From: an uncultured Acidimicrobiales bacterium
Lineage (GTDB): Bacteria > Actinomycetota > Acidimicrobiia > Acidimicrobiales > UBA10347
Direction: 5' to 3'
NCBI GenBank assembly: GCA_943788915.1
Contig: CALSSD010000010.1
Span: forward strand, 372,001 to 436,000
DNA length: 64,000 bases
Part shown: in pieces, positions 49,573-59,698 of the stretch
Layout of the letters: each line of letters opens with the position of its first letter
Numbering within the stretch: position 1 is the stretch's first letter
Notes under the pieces: model-generated
What the model was told of the DNA's origin: nothing
Database searches by the model: none
What the model saw: the letters and a program-made list of their open reading frames with translations, nothing else
Program-made: the position numbers and the translations under genes

Positions 49573-50198
49573 TTATTGTTCTGGCACAATCACCACGTCG
49601 GCTGCGCCGCATGCTGGCCAGAAGCCGATCCAGTTGCGCCGTGCTGCGTCACCAGCGGCGGTGAACAATGATTCGGCAGACCGGTTTGGGGCGAAGAACA
49701 GGGGAGTGGCAAAACCATCTTCGACCATGGCGAGATTGACGAACATGTCGGTGTCGGCTCGATGGACAAACGCCAGCAGACGGCTGTACTGGTCGCGGGT
49801 CTCGCGATCTCGACTGAGTAACACCGATGTTCCTGGCGGAAGTAGTTCAGCAAGCCTGGTGGAGGCTTCGGCACCAAAACATTCGGCGGGTCGTGGCCCG
49901 CCAGCCTTTTCGGGTGTGTCGATGCCGAGGAGGCGCACCGTCTCGATGTGGCCATTAATTGAGACAAGGATCGTGTCACCATCGATCACTCGATCGACAA
50001 CCGCACCAAGGCCAGCGGGCGGCCCTGCTCGGTCAGATGCGCTGTGGTCGAGTCCTGTGCGGCTAGATCCTGTGCGGTAGATCCTGGGTGGCTGGGCTCT
50101 CGGGAGAGTCCACCTGACTCAAAGGTGGACTCCGCGGGAGCGAAGCCGGTTTGGGTGGGAGCGCACGAAGCGAGGACCAGCAGCACAGTGACGGACAC
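49573..50198 (-). CDS. Thermonuclease (SNase) family lipoprotein; probable frameshift between ~50000 and 50115
   Basis: VIDGDTI, VRLLGIDTPE, ECFGAEAS, DQYSRLLAFV, NLAMVEDGFA; signal peptide with lipobox LASC lies upstream in another frame. Confidence 0.8.
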
Positions 50199-50201
50199 TA
50201 T

Positions 50202-50250
50202 GAGCCGGACAGGGAGCCGGACAGGGAGCCGGACAGGGAGCCGGAGCCGG
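50202..50250. repeat. 12-bp tandem repeat GAGCCGGACAGG, 3 copies plus partial units
   Basis: Directly visible just upstream of the nuclease signal peptide. Confidence 0.85.
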
Positions 50251-50322
50251 AGAGGGAGTGGAAAACTACTTGGTCGTCGACGAGGCCACCCAAGGTTCGG
50301 TCGATAGGTGGGCCGTTGGTGA

Positions 50323-50574
50323 TTAGGCCGCCTTGCGGGCTGGTTTTTGGCCAGCACTAGTACGTGCGGCATCTTGCAGCGCTTGGCGGGCTGCCTGGAT
50401 GCCCTTACGACCGACTTCGATGGTCTGGACGTCAAGGCGCCATTGGGTTGTCCTAGTCGGGATGTCATCACCAGCAGGCATGCTGCGGAGATGGCGAGCG
50501 GCATCGGGTGCATGGACGGTAGCGCCGTGCTCTTCGAGGTCTTCATAGGTGTGGGTGTCAAACAACTGAGTCAT
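50323..50574 (-). CDS. Small hypothetical protein (83 aa)
   Basis: MTQLFD...WRLDVQTIEVGRKGIQAARQAL; ATG sits 6 nt after a -10 element (leaderless spacing). Confidence 0.65.
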   Translation of the reverse strand: MTQLFDTHTYEDLEEHGATVHAPDAARHLRSMPAGDDIPTRTTQWRLDVQTIEVGRKGIQAARQALQDAARTSAGQKPARKAA

Positions 50575-50580
50575 GGATAC

Positions 50581-50602
50581 ATCATGACAAGGGGGTGTGA
50601 CA
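50581..50602 (-). promoter_or_regulatory. PafBC/RecA-NDp-like promoter TGTCAC-N10-CATGAT
   Basis: Minus strand reads TGTCACACCCCCTTGTCATGAT immediately before ATG 50574. Confidence 0.6.
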
Positions 50603-50785
50603 GTCTCGATTGAGGGCCCAGAAGTGGTGAGCAAGACGCCCGAACTCAGCGTTGTTTATGTAGTTGTAGCAGCTCAGACGGGGAGCGGAGCCTGGTGTGC
50701 GCTTTGTCGCTGGATCTGGCCCTGAGTCGATAGGGCGATTGACCTCGAGTACGTGCCCAGACGCGTTGTCGCATACCGTGGCGCC

Positions 50786-53035
50786 ATGGGAACTGAAGCC
50801 ACCGATACCACAACGACGCATTACCGTTCCTGCCCACTCTGCGAAGCATGCTGCGGGCTCGAAATCACCACCAAGGGTGATCAGGTCGTGCGTATCCGTG
50901 GTGACATGAACGATCCATACTCCAAGGGTTTCATCTGTCCCAAGGGGTCCACACTCAAGCAGCTTCACGAAGACCCTGACCGGCTTACGTCGCCCCGAAT
51001 CCGAACCGCCGAGGGCTGGCAGGAAGCAACGTGGGACGAAGCGTTTGCGGAGATCGAGCGAAGACTCGGCCCCATTGTCGAAAAACACGGACGGCAGGCA
51101 CTCGGCACAGTGCTTGGCAACCCAAACGTCCACAACTTGGGTGGTTTGCTCTACGGCCGATCAGTCCTGACGGCAGTAGGAAGCACCAATATCTTCTCGG
51201 CATCCACCGTCGACCAGATGCCCAAACATGTCAGCGCCGGGCTCATGTGGGGCCGGCCAGACATGTTCCCACTGCCAGACATCGACCGCACCGACTATCT
51301 GTTGATGTTGGGCGCAAATCCTTACGTCTCCAACGGCAGTCTGCTCACTGTTCCTGACTTCCCCGGCCGACTCGAGGCGCTGCGCGAACGAGGCACGTTC
51401 GTGGTCGTTGATCCCCGTCGGACCAAGACGGCAGAGAACGCCACCGAGCACCTCACGATCGTGCCAGGAACCGATTCGTATTGGCTGATGGCGCTCATCA
51501 ACACCCTCTTCGACGAAGGCCTTGTGGATATCGGTCGACTCGAATCCCATGTCAGCGGTGTCGACCAGGTACGTGATGCCGCTACTACCTATACCGCCGA
51601 GGCGGTTGCCGATCGTTGTGGTATCCCTGCCGAAACCACCCGTCGCATCGCCCGGGAATTGGCTGCTGCTCCGACCGCAGCGGTGTATGGGCGCATGGGC
51701 GCACACACCGTCGAGTTTGGAACGATTGCCAGCTGGGCAACCGATGTACTCAATGTGCTGACCGGCAACCTGGACAAACCCGGCGGCATCATGTTCAACT
51801 GCGCGCCAACCCAGAACATGACACCCTCAGCTCCGGGTGGCCGAGGATTCAAACTCGGTCGATGGGAAGGCCGTGCTTCAGGCCGGCCCGAGGCGAAGGG
51901 TGAACTGCCATGCGCAACGTTGGCCGAAGAGATCACCACACCCGGCGAAGGGGCAATTAAGGGCCTCTTCGTGTTGGCATGTAACCCGGTTCGGTCCTTT
52001 CCGAACTCCGAGCGAATCAACGAAGCGATGCAGGAACTCGATCTGCTGGTTGTCGTCGATCCCTATGTCACCGCAACCGCAAGGCACGCCCACGTGATCT
52101 TGCCGCCCACGTCGGCGCTTGAGCGCAGCCACTATGACTTCGCCTTCGAAGCCAGCATGATTCGGTCGTTCGCCAAGTATTCACCTGCCGTGTTCGCTAC
52201 CGATGGCCTCAGCGAAGAGCAGATCCTGAGCCGGTTGTCGCTTGTGATCCAGGGCCAACCGGTTGATACCGACCCTGTCGTTGTGCACAACGTGATGATG
52301 GAGCAGATCGTCGATCAGGAACTCGGGCGAGAGTCGTCGCCGATCCATGGTCGAGACAAGGTCGAGATTCTCGATGCACTCTCGGCATGGGAGTGGGCCG
52401 AGCAGATCATTGACTTCCGGCTTCGGGTTGGACAACACGGTGACGGGTTCGGCTTGAACCCCGACGGGTTGACGCTGCGCAAGCTTATTGATGAGTATCC
52501 AAGTGGAGCCGACTTCGGCCCGCTCGTGCCTCGATTCCCCGACGCGATCAAGACCGTCTCTGGCACGGTCGAGCTAGCGCCCCAACCGATCATCGATGAC
52601 ATGGTTCGTCTCGACGCAGCGTTCCAGGAACTCGGGATGGCGAATGATCAGTTGGTGCTGATCGGCCGTCGCCATCTCAAGACGGTCAACTCATGGATGC
52701 ACAACCTGAACATCTTGATTAAGGGCAAGACCGACTGCACGTTGCAGATCCATCCGACGGACGCAGACCGGTTGGGCCTGGTCGATGGCAGTTCCGCACA
52801 GGTGCAGTCTCGCGTGGGAATGGTTGTCGCACCGGTGGAGGTCACCGACGAAGTCATGCCTGGCGTTGTCTGTTTGCCGCATGGTTGGGGTTACGACGAG
52901 GCTGGCATCGAGATGCATACGGCCAAGACAAAACCCGGAGTCAACTCCAATGCACTCACCGATGACGAAGCACTCGATGCGCTGTCCGGCAACTGCGCCC
53001 TAAACGGTATTCCGGTAGCGGTTACCGCCGCCTAA
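50786..53035 (+). CDS. Molybdopterin-dependent oxidoreductase, catalytic subunit
   Basis: CPLCEACCG...ICPKG 4Fe-4S motif, SASTVDQMP, GANP, VVDPRRT, NSWMHN, LPHGWG; no Tat signal. Confidence 0.93.
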   Translation: MGTEATDTTTTHYRSCPLCEACCGLEITTKGDQVVRIRGDMNDPYSKGFICPKGSTLKQLHEDPDRLTSPRIRTAEGWQEATWDEAFAEIERRLGPIVEKHGRQALGTVLGNPNVHNLGGLLYGRSVLTAVGSTNIFSASTVDQMPKHVSAGLMWGRPDMFPLPDIDRTDYLLMLGANPYVSNGSLLTVPDFPGRLEALRERGTFVVVDPRRTKTAENATEHLTIVPGTDSYWLMALINTLFDEGLVDIGRLESHVSGVDQVRDAATTYTAEAVADRCGIPAETTRRIARELAAAPTAAVYGRMGAHTVEFGTIASWATDVLNVLTGNLDKPGGIMFNCAPTQNMTPSAPGGRGFKLGRWEGRASGRPEAKGELPCATLAEEITTPGEGAIKGLFVLACNPVRSFPNSERINEAMQELDLLVVVDPYVTATARHAHVILPPTSALERSHYDFAFEASMIRSFAKYSPAVFATDGLSEEQILSRLSLVIQGQPVDTDPVVVHNVMMEQIVDQELGRESSPIHGRDKVEILDALSAWEWAEQIIDFRLRVGQHGDGFGLNPDGLTLRKLIDEYPSGADFGPLVPRFPDAIKTVSGTVELAPQPIIDDMVRLDAAFQELGMANDQLVLIGRRHLKTVNSWMHNLNILIKGKTDCTLQIHPTDADRLGLVDGSSAQVQSRVGMVVAPVEVTDEVMPGVVCLPHGWGYDEAGIEMHTAKTKPGVNSNALTDDEALDALSGNCALNGIPVAVTAA

Positions 53036-53070
53036 CAAGCACTTCTCACATCGTGGCGCGGGCGGTGTGG

Positions 53071-53844
53071 CTACCGAGGGATTTTGATGAGCATGCCGCC
53101 GTCGACCACGAGTATTTGGCCGGTAACCAGATCGCTTCCTTGGACGAAACTCATACACGCGTCGGCGACGTCCTCAGGGTCACATACCGCCTTGAGCGGC
53201 ACGCTGTTCGCCGCCGCTTCGGCCACCTTGTCGTGTACATCCTCGCCCTGACCTTCTTTCCACCACCGGCCGGTGATGAAACCAGGAGCGACTGCGTTGA
53301 CGCGAACCTCAGGTGCCATCACCCGGGCCATCGTTACCGTGAGGTTGTTCAGCGCCGCCTTGGATGCGCAATAGGGGAGCGACGAACCGACACCGGCAAC
53401 GCCTGACACCGAGCTGATCGAGATCACTTCGCCGCCGCCGTCGGCCTTGAGATGAGGCATGGCAGCCCGCATCATTTGGAAGGGTCCCATGGTGTTTACG
53501 GCGTAGAGATTGTGCCAATCATCGGCGGTGATGCCGTCGAGGTCGTGGTGGGGCACGAACACCGTGGTGCCAGCCGAATTCACGAGTACATCGAGGCGAC
53601 TAAATGCCTCGACAGCCTGGTCGACCATGCGCCGACAATCGGTATCTTCGGCAACGTCGCCCTGCAACGCGATGCCCTTGACACCGAGCGCCGTGACCTC
53701 GGCGGCCGTCTGCTCAGCTGCATCTTTCGAGCGGCTGTAATTCACGGCCACATCACAGCCTTGGGCAGCGAGAGCGAGCGCTGTCGCACGACCCACACCC
53801 GTTCCTCCGCCGGTGATGAATGCTGCTTTTCCGTTGACGTCCAT
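53071..53844 (-). CDS. SDR family oxidoreductase
   Basis: TGGGTGVG, VNSAG, YCASK, VRVNAVAPG. Confidence 0.93.
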   Translation of the reverse strand: MDVNGKAAFITGGGTGVGRATALALAAQGCDVAVNYSRSKDAAEQTAAEVTALGVKGIALQGDVAEDTDCRRMVDQAVEAFSRLDVLVNSAGTTVFVPHHDLDGITADDWHNLYAVNTMGPFQMMRAAMPHLKADGGGEVISISSVSGVAGVGSSLPYCASKAALNNLTVTMARVMAPEVRVNAVAPGFITGRWWKEGQGEDVHDKVAEAAANSVPLKAVCDPEDVADACMSFVQGSDLVTGQILVVDGGMLIKIPR

Positions 53845-53917
53845 GCCCTCGACGCTAGCCGGTGACACCGCTGGAAATCTCCTGCGTCTCAGACAGTAGA
53901 AGCCAACGGATGGGCAG

Positions 53918-55114
53918 TTACGGGTGAAGGGTGACAGGTACTTCGCGTGGTCCTCGGACTTGGGCGCCGCCCCAGCGGACCTCGGCCTCTTCGGCGAGCT
54001 CGAAGGTGGGGAACCTGTCGAGCCATGTTTCGAGCGCGACCTTCATCTCCATGCGGGCGACGTTCGAGCCAAGGCAACGATGGATGCCGATGCCGAACGC
54101 GAAGTGCCGGTTCTTCTGCCGATCAATGAGGACCTCGTCGGCGTTGTCAAACTTGACGGGGTCACGGTTGCCTGCCGGAAAGTTCAGGAGCACCTTGTCG
54201 CCGGCACTCATCGGGCAGCCATTCACTTCTACGTCTGCGATGACCTCGCGAGCCATGGTGACCGGCGAATATGCCCGCAGGAACTCTTCGACGGCGCTGG
54301 CCATGAGTTCTGGTTCGGCGACCAGACGATCACGATCGCTGGGGTTTGTTGCCAGGTGCCACAAGCTTGATCCGATACCGGACCAGGTCGTGTCAATGCC
54401 TGCCATGAGTAGAAGGAAACAGGTGCCAAGGATATGTTTGTCGGTGAGTGGGTCACCGTCCATCTCGGCAGCCATCAGGCCGGTGATCAGATCATCCTTG
54501 CCTTCAACTCTGCGGTCGCTCAGCTGTTGTTCGAAGTAGGCCAGGATCTCCTTGATGGCGTCTCGGACGATATCGGGATCGTCGACACCGTCTTGGAAGA
54601 TGGCGACAGCCCAGCCGGTGAACATGGCTTCGTCTTCTTCGGGTATGCCCAACATGTGGGCAATGATCCTCACCGGGATGTGTTGCGCGAAGTCGCCAGC
54701 GGCATCGGCCGTAGGCTCGCCGGTTGCCTCGATGGCATCGAGCAATTCGGCGCAGACTTCGCGGGTGCGAACTTCTAGGTGGGCAATGTTCTTGGGGCTG
54801 AAATAACTGAGCAGGACCCGGCGGGCCTTGGTATGGAACGGCGGATCCGACGTGATTGGGGGAGCGACCAGCAGGGTCGCGCCCGGTGGTTCCGGGAGCA
54901 CATTGGTTCGACGCGAAGAGAAGTGTTCGGTGTCGTAGGCAATAGCGGCGACGTCGTCGTACGTGGTTGGCAGGAATGCGCCACCTCGCCGCTCGGTATG
55001 GGCAATAGGGCAGGATTCTCGTAGCTCGTCCCAAATCTCGTAGGGGTTGGCTTCGTAGTTGGGGTCGCCGACATCAAAGTCGGTGGCCCAATCTTGTACC
55101 GGTTCTTGCGCCAT
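53918..55114 (-). CDS. Cytochrome P450
   Basis: DPPFH, AGIDTT, EEFLR, HFAFGIGIHRCLG. Confidence 0.96.
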   Translation of the reverse strand: MAQEPVQDWATDFDVGDPNYEANPYEIWDELRESCPIAHTERRGGAFLPTTYDDVAAIAYDTEHFSSRRTNVLPEPPGATLLVAPPITSDPPFHTKARRVLLSYFSPKNIAHLEVRTREVCAELLDAIEATGEPTADAAGDFAQHIPVRIIAHMLGIPEEDEAMFTGWAVAIFQDGVDDPDIVRDAIKEILAYFEQQLSDRRVEGKDDLITGLMAAEMDGDPLTDKHILGTCFLLLMAGIDTTWSGIGSSLWHLATNPSDRDRLVAEPELMASAVEEFLRAYSPVTMAREVIADVEVNGCPMSAGDKVLLNFPAGNRDPVKFDNADEVLIDRQKNRHFAFGIGIHRCLGSNVARMEMKVALETWLDRFPTFELAEEAEVRWGGAQVRGPREVPVTLHP

Positions 55115-55230
55115 TCTCTGACGCTAGGTGGTGGCGTACGCCCTGTCCAAGGCCGCTGTCGCCGCAGCCCTGCGAGCGGAGCGCCGGATAGTGAAACACG
55201 ACAACCCGAATCCTTCGCCGGCAGGGACCC

Positions 55231-55923
55231 GTGAGTGATGGGAGACTTGACTGGCTATTCCAGTTGGCAGAACGAACGGGAGGGACCAAAGTGCATGGCG
55301 AGACAGAAGCGCCATTGGGTGGCAGGTTCAGGCGACACCCAGTATTCGTGCTTGCTGGGGCCGCGGCGGGAGTAGCTCTCGGAGTCACTGCTCGCGCATG
55401 GATGCGATGGATCTCGACTGATCCCGAATTCAGCTGGGTGGGAACCATCGCCATCGTTGCCTCGTTCACGATCTTTGGTGCAGCTCAGTCCGCAGCGGCC
55501 GTTGCCCGACTCCGTCCGCTTCGTCCCAGTGCCGTCGCCGCGTTTCGGGCGATGGCGATTGTTCTATCTGTAGGTCTATTCGGTGCCGCCGGTGCCATCA
55601 TGTTGCCAGTGGTGGTGTTTGGCTCGCTCGCAGCGTGGCGATCAGACATCACGCGATCCATTCGGATCGTGCTGGCAGCGGTTGCGTTGCCCGTGGTGAT
55701 GGTTGTGGTCGCAGATATCGGCGAAGACAACGGATGGGGCATTACGACGGTCGGCCAGATAGCGCTGTTTCTTGGTATCTACGCCGTCATCATCACTTCG
55801 ACGTGGCCAAGCGCAGCGCCACTTCCTGATAGCTGGAGACCGTCTCGGCGCACCGCCATGGCCGTTGGCGTTGGACTCGTAGCCCTTCTCGGACTGGCCG
55901 CCTACCTCGGTGGAATCCGCTAA
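55231..55923 (+). CDS. Hypothetical membrane protein
   Basis: About 7 hydrophobic segments; RAWMRWISTDPEFSW. Confidence 0.7.
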   Translation: MSDGRLDWLFQLAERTGGTKVHGETEAPLGGRFRRHPVFVLAGAAAGVALGVTARAWMRWISTDPEFSWVGTIAIVASFTIFGAAQSAAAVARLRPLRPSAVAAFRAMAIVLSVGLFGAAGAIMLPVVVFGSLAAWRSDITRSIRIVLAAVALPVVMVVVADIGEDNGWGITTVGQIALFLGIYAVIITSTWPSAAPLPDSWRPSRRTAMAVGVGLVALLGLAAYLGGIR

Positions 55924-56036
55924 ACATCTGGCGCCAACGGGGCAGTCCCTGCAGCTGGCATACCCGGCCAGCCGCTCACTATGCGGCTGACCGGACGACC
56001 TCAGAAGTCACTCATCTAGGTGGACGATCGACGTGG

Positions 56037-57578
56037 TTACGCCCCGTCGTCACCCATGTCCATGTCCATCTCGATTGGAGTACCGGCAGTGTTTCGCCAG
56101 TTGCTCGGATCGATTGGGTTGATTGTCGGGTCGAAGGTCTCATCAGCCTCGACGATGATTGCTGTCACCATGCCGAACATCCCTTCGTCTCGTTCAACAT
56201 GGCTCAGAATGTGGCAGTGCCAGACCCATACGCCAGCATCATCGGCCCGGAACAAGACGGTGTAGCGCTCGCCTGGAGCGATGTTCAGCGTGTCGACCCA
56301 ATATGGCTGGTCAAGCGGGATGCCGTCCTTGGCGTACACGAGTTGTGGGAACTGATGCAGGTGCATCGGGTGAATCTGAAGACCCTCGTTGTAGTAGGTG
56401 ATACTTGCCCATTCACCCTGCTTCATCGACAGCGGCTCGGTGGCGGGGAAACTCTTGCCGTTGAGACTGAGGCCAATCGTGCCTGCATCGTTCAGAATCA
56501 TTGGTTCGTCGAGGGCGAGCTCAAGGTCAGCCGGAATGGTTGCCCCGCTGAACGTCTGGCCGTAGGGGATCGGGTTGTCACCGATCGTGATCGCGCCAAA
56601 CATTCCATTGATGACCTGTATTTGCGCGTGGTTATGCGCGTGATACATGCCGATGGCATCGTCGGTAGCCACGAACTCATAGGTGAAGGTTTCGCCTGGC
56701 TGGATGAGGTCTTGGGTATACGGGGCGACGCCATCCTGATCGTTGGGCGTATGCACACCGTGCCAGTGGATATCGGTGCCGAGGGGCAGGTTGTTGAGAA
56801 GCCTGACTTGGACTTTGTCGTCTCGGTCGAGCTTGATCTGGGGTGCGGGCACGACTTCGTTGTAGGTCCAGGCCTCCACGAACTTGCCCGGTTCCACTTC
56901 CCAATCGATGATCGATGACACGAGATCGAAGACCTTGGTGCCGTCAGCAAGCACTTCGGTCGGCTCCAGAATTGGGTTGCCAATACCTTCGGTTTCAGCG
57001 GGAAAAGCCAACATCGAGTTCATCATCGCCTCGTCCATGGCCCGGTACTGCTCGGGCGTCATCTCATCACCATGTGCTGGTGTAGCGGCGATCTCGTTTC
57101 CGGCATCGACCACCGTGAGTTCCGCGACCATGCCCGAACCTTCGTGCCCGGGAATGTCACAGAACATTTCGTAGACGCCGGGTTCGACGTTGCCAAGGTT
57201 GAGGGTTGCGGTTCCCGTCGGACCAAAGTCGCTTGTCATGAGACCGAGTTCGCGCACCCCGACGTTGTGTGCCATGGATCCGGTGTTCCTGACATTCAGG
57301 ATGATTTCGCCAGCGGGTGCTGTCAGTTGACCGTCGATCCTGAATTCGCTGAGTTCAATTTCCAGCGTCGTTGGTTGATTGAAGGGTTCGGTTTCACGTG
57401 AAAAGAGCACAGCGCCGACGACGATGGCGGCTACGCAAAATGCAGCGAGGACGATTCCGCCGAGCACGAACGCAACCAAAGCACGTTTCTGCTTATGGGC
57501 TTCGGATTCCGAAACGTAGTCAATCGAATGCTGAGGCGGCCTCGCTACGGTCGCGTCAGTATGGTCAGTAAGGGTCAC
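56037..57578 (-). CDS. Membrane-anchored cupredoxin fused to a two-domain multicopper oxidase
   Basis: TM; HNV...CDIPGHEGSGM; IHWHG, YHAH, HPMHLH, WHCHILSH...GM; Met-rich tail. Confidence 0.92.
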   Translation of the reverse strand: MTLTDHTDATVARPPQHSIDYVSESEAHKQKRALVAFVLGGIVLAAFCVAAIVVGAVLFSRETEPFNQPTTLEIELSEFRIDGQLTAPAGEIILNVRNTGSMAHNVGVRELGLMTSDFGPTGTATLNLGNVEPGVYEMFCDIPGHEGSGMVAELTVVDAGNEIAATPAHGDEMTPEQYRAMDEAMMNSMLAFPAETEGIGNPILEPTEVLADGTKVFDLVSSIIDWEVEPGKFVEAWTYNEVVPAPQIKLDRDDKVQVRLLNNLPLGTDIHWHGVHTPNDQDGVAPYTQDLIQPGETFTYEFVATDDAIGMYHAHNHAQIQVINGMFGAITIGDNPIPYGQTFSGATIPADLELALDEPMILNDAGTIGLSLNGKSFPATEPLSMKQGEWASITYYNEGLQIHPMHLHQFPQLVYAKDGIPLDQPYWVDTLNIAPGERYTVLFRADDAGVWVWHCHILSHVERDEGMFGMVTAIIVEADETFDPTINPIDPSNWRNTAGTPIEMDMDMGDDGA

Positions 57579-57722
57579 ATCTTCTCCTAGTTAGCTGGGG
57601 GCATCCTGCCCCCGGGTGAAGGAACTCAGCAGGGCAGAAAGTCCTTTCATTGTCCGGTATCTCAGCAGCGAAGCGCCGAGACGAGTTTGGGCGGGGCGCG
57701 GGTTGCTGCCAGGCTGGGGCCT

Positions 57723-58694
57723 ATGACCAGACGTGTTGGAATGACCGTGCCTCTCGATGGGCCTCTGCATGCGCAGAAAGATGCGATTCAGCGACTTGAA
57801 AGCCTGGGGTACACCGACCTGTGGACCGCCGAAGCCATGGGCCACGACGCCTTCACACCACTCGTGCTTGCGTCACAGTGGGCACCGTCGATGCGTTTGG
57901 GCACAGCGATCATCCCCGCGTATACCCGGGGCCCGGCGCTGATGGCGTCGACCGTTGCGTCTATGGTCGACGCAGCGCCCGGACGGTTCGTTCTTGGTGT
58001 TGGCAGTTCGTCAAATGTGATCGTCGAGAACTGGAACGGCATTCCGTTCGACGAGCCGTACAAACGGGTGCGAGACACGGTGGAGTTCCTGCGGGTTGCG
58101 TTGACCGGCGAGAAAGTGACGAACGATTACGACACGTTCAGTGTCAAAGGTTTCCGGCTCGGGGTCCGCTTGCAGGAGCAGCCGCCCATCATGATCGCTG
58201 CGCTTCGCGAAGGTATGCTCCGCCTGGCCGGGCGTATGGGCGACGGCGCCATCATCAACTGGTTGTCCGCTGAAGATGTCGCCAAGGTCACTGCGATCGT
58301 GAACGAAGCAGCCGAAGGTGCCCCGCGCGAAATGGTCGCTCGTCTCTTTGTGGCCCCAACCGAGGACCGGGCCGGAGTTCTCGAACAGGGTCGACGCGCG
58401 ATCGCCGCCTACCTGAACGTGCCGGTCTACAAAGCTTTTCATGAGTGGATGGGACGCACCGATGCGATGGAAGAGAGCTGGGGATTGTGGGCCCAGGGCG
58501 ACCGCAAGGGCGCACTCGAAGCCATTCCCGAGTCGGTCGTTGACGAACTCATTATCAGCGGTTCGGTCGACGAATGTCGTGCCCACCTCGATCGTTTCTT
58601 CGACAATGGAGTCACTACCGCAGCGTTGTCGATCATGCCGTTTCCGGGTGTCGATGTGCACGCTGCCATCGAAGGGCTTGCGCCGGCGTCATGA
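57723..58694 (+). CDS. LLM-class (probably F420-dependent) oxidoreductase
   Basis: GYTDLWTAE, RLGTAIIPAYTRGP, PGRFVLGVG, AALREGMLRLAG..GDG. Confidence 0.9.
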   Translation: MTRRVGMTVPLDGPLHAQKDAIQRLESLGYTDLWTAEAMGHDAFTPLVLASQWAPSMRLGTAIIPAYTRGPALMASTVASMVDAAPGRFVLGVGSSSNVIVENWNGIPFDEPYKRVRDTVEFLRVALTGEKVTNDYDTFSVKGFRLGVRLQEQPPIMIAALREGMLRLAGRMGDGAIINWLSAEDVAKVTAIVNEAAEGAPREMVARLFVAPTEDRAGVLEQGRRAIAAYLNVPVYKAFHEWMGRTDAMEESWGLWAQGDRKGALEAIPESVVDELIISGSVDECRAHLDRFFDNGVTTAALSIMPFPGVDVHAAIEGLAPAS

Positions 58695-58737
58695 CGCGAG
58701 ACATAACGCACAAGCGATTCTGGGTTATGGTGGCTTT

Positions 58738-58920
58738 GTGACTGAAACCCGCGAAATGTCGGTTGTTGATCAGGCCCTTGCGGTCATCGATGGCGAGCTG
58801 TTACACCTGGCTGCACGCGACATGGTGACCGCCAGCGACGTTACCAATCTGTTGCTTGACCTGCGTGTCTTGTTGGCCCCAGCAGCGGCTCCTGTGAGGC
58901 CAGAGCCGCTTCCGGCATAA
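58738..58920 (+). CDS. Small hypothetical protein (60 aa)
   Basis: Amphipathic ALAVIDGEL...VTASDVTNLLLDLR fills the intergenic gap. Confidence 0.55.
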   Translation: MTETREMSVVDQALAVIDGELLHLAARDMVTASDVTNLLLDLRVLLAPAAAPVRPEPLPA

Positions 58921-58956
58921 GGCAAGTCACACGTACCTGGAACGTGTTGCAGGTGG

Positions 58957-59496
58957 TTAACGAAGTGGTGCTAACCGTTTGACCACGCCCGCCAAGACAG
59001 CGCCTACAGCAACGCCACCGGCGATGTCAGACGCATGGTGAATACGCACATGAATTCGGCTGGTCGCAACAAGTGCAGCCGCAGCCCCATAGAGCGGTCC
59101 GAAACGACTCTTGTCGGCGAGTAACAGCGCTGCCATGGTTGCTGAGCTTGCATGTCCGCTGGGAAAACTACTCGTACGCGGAATTCGTAATCGAAGCGGA
59201 CGCTCAGAGGTGGCAATCGGACGAGACCGATTGAACAGCGACTTCACCACACCATTTACCAGACCCGATTCAACCGCGAGTGCAACAACAACGCGGAGTG
59301 CGGCAGGTTCGGCCCGCAGCGATGCCGCCGCTCGTCCTGTCGCCAGCAAGTGCCACAACAGGCTGTGATCGCCAAGTTCTGATGCTGCATAGAACAACCG
59401 GTCGAAGGCCGGATTGCCTCGTAACTGATCAAACCACTCGTCGACCCGGTCATCCCAAGCATCGACGGTGGCCAGTAGTGAACCTGTGTCTGTCAC
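58957..59496 (-). CDS. PAP2 family phosphatase
   Basis: KSLFNRSRP, SFPSGH, SRIHVRIHHASD. Confidence 0.93.
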   Translation of the reverse strand: MTDTGSLLATVDAWDDRVDEWFDQLRGNPAFDRLFYAASELGDHSLLWHLLATGRAAASLRAEPAALRVVVALAVESGLVNGVVKSLFNRSRPIATSERPLRLRIPRTSSFPSGHASSATMAALLLADKSRFGPLYGAAAALVATSRIHVRIHHASDIAGGVAVGAVLAGVVKRLAPLR

Positions 59497-59698
59497 GCCC
59501 TAAGCCTAGAGCCGAGAGTCACAGCCGGTGGCTGCAGTTGCTGCAGCAGTACGAGGGCGCCATCGGTGTGTGCAGAGGGCTACCGCCCAGGGCCAGCTAG
59601 CAGCTCGTCTGGCGTCAGCAATGTGACCTGTGGCTCTACGTGGTTCCTGGCCCCGTTGGGCTGCACGATGGCAGTGCCTGCCCCGTACGCTCGCACCT

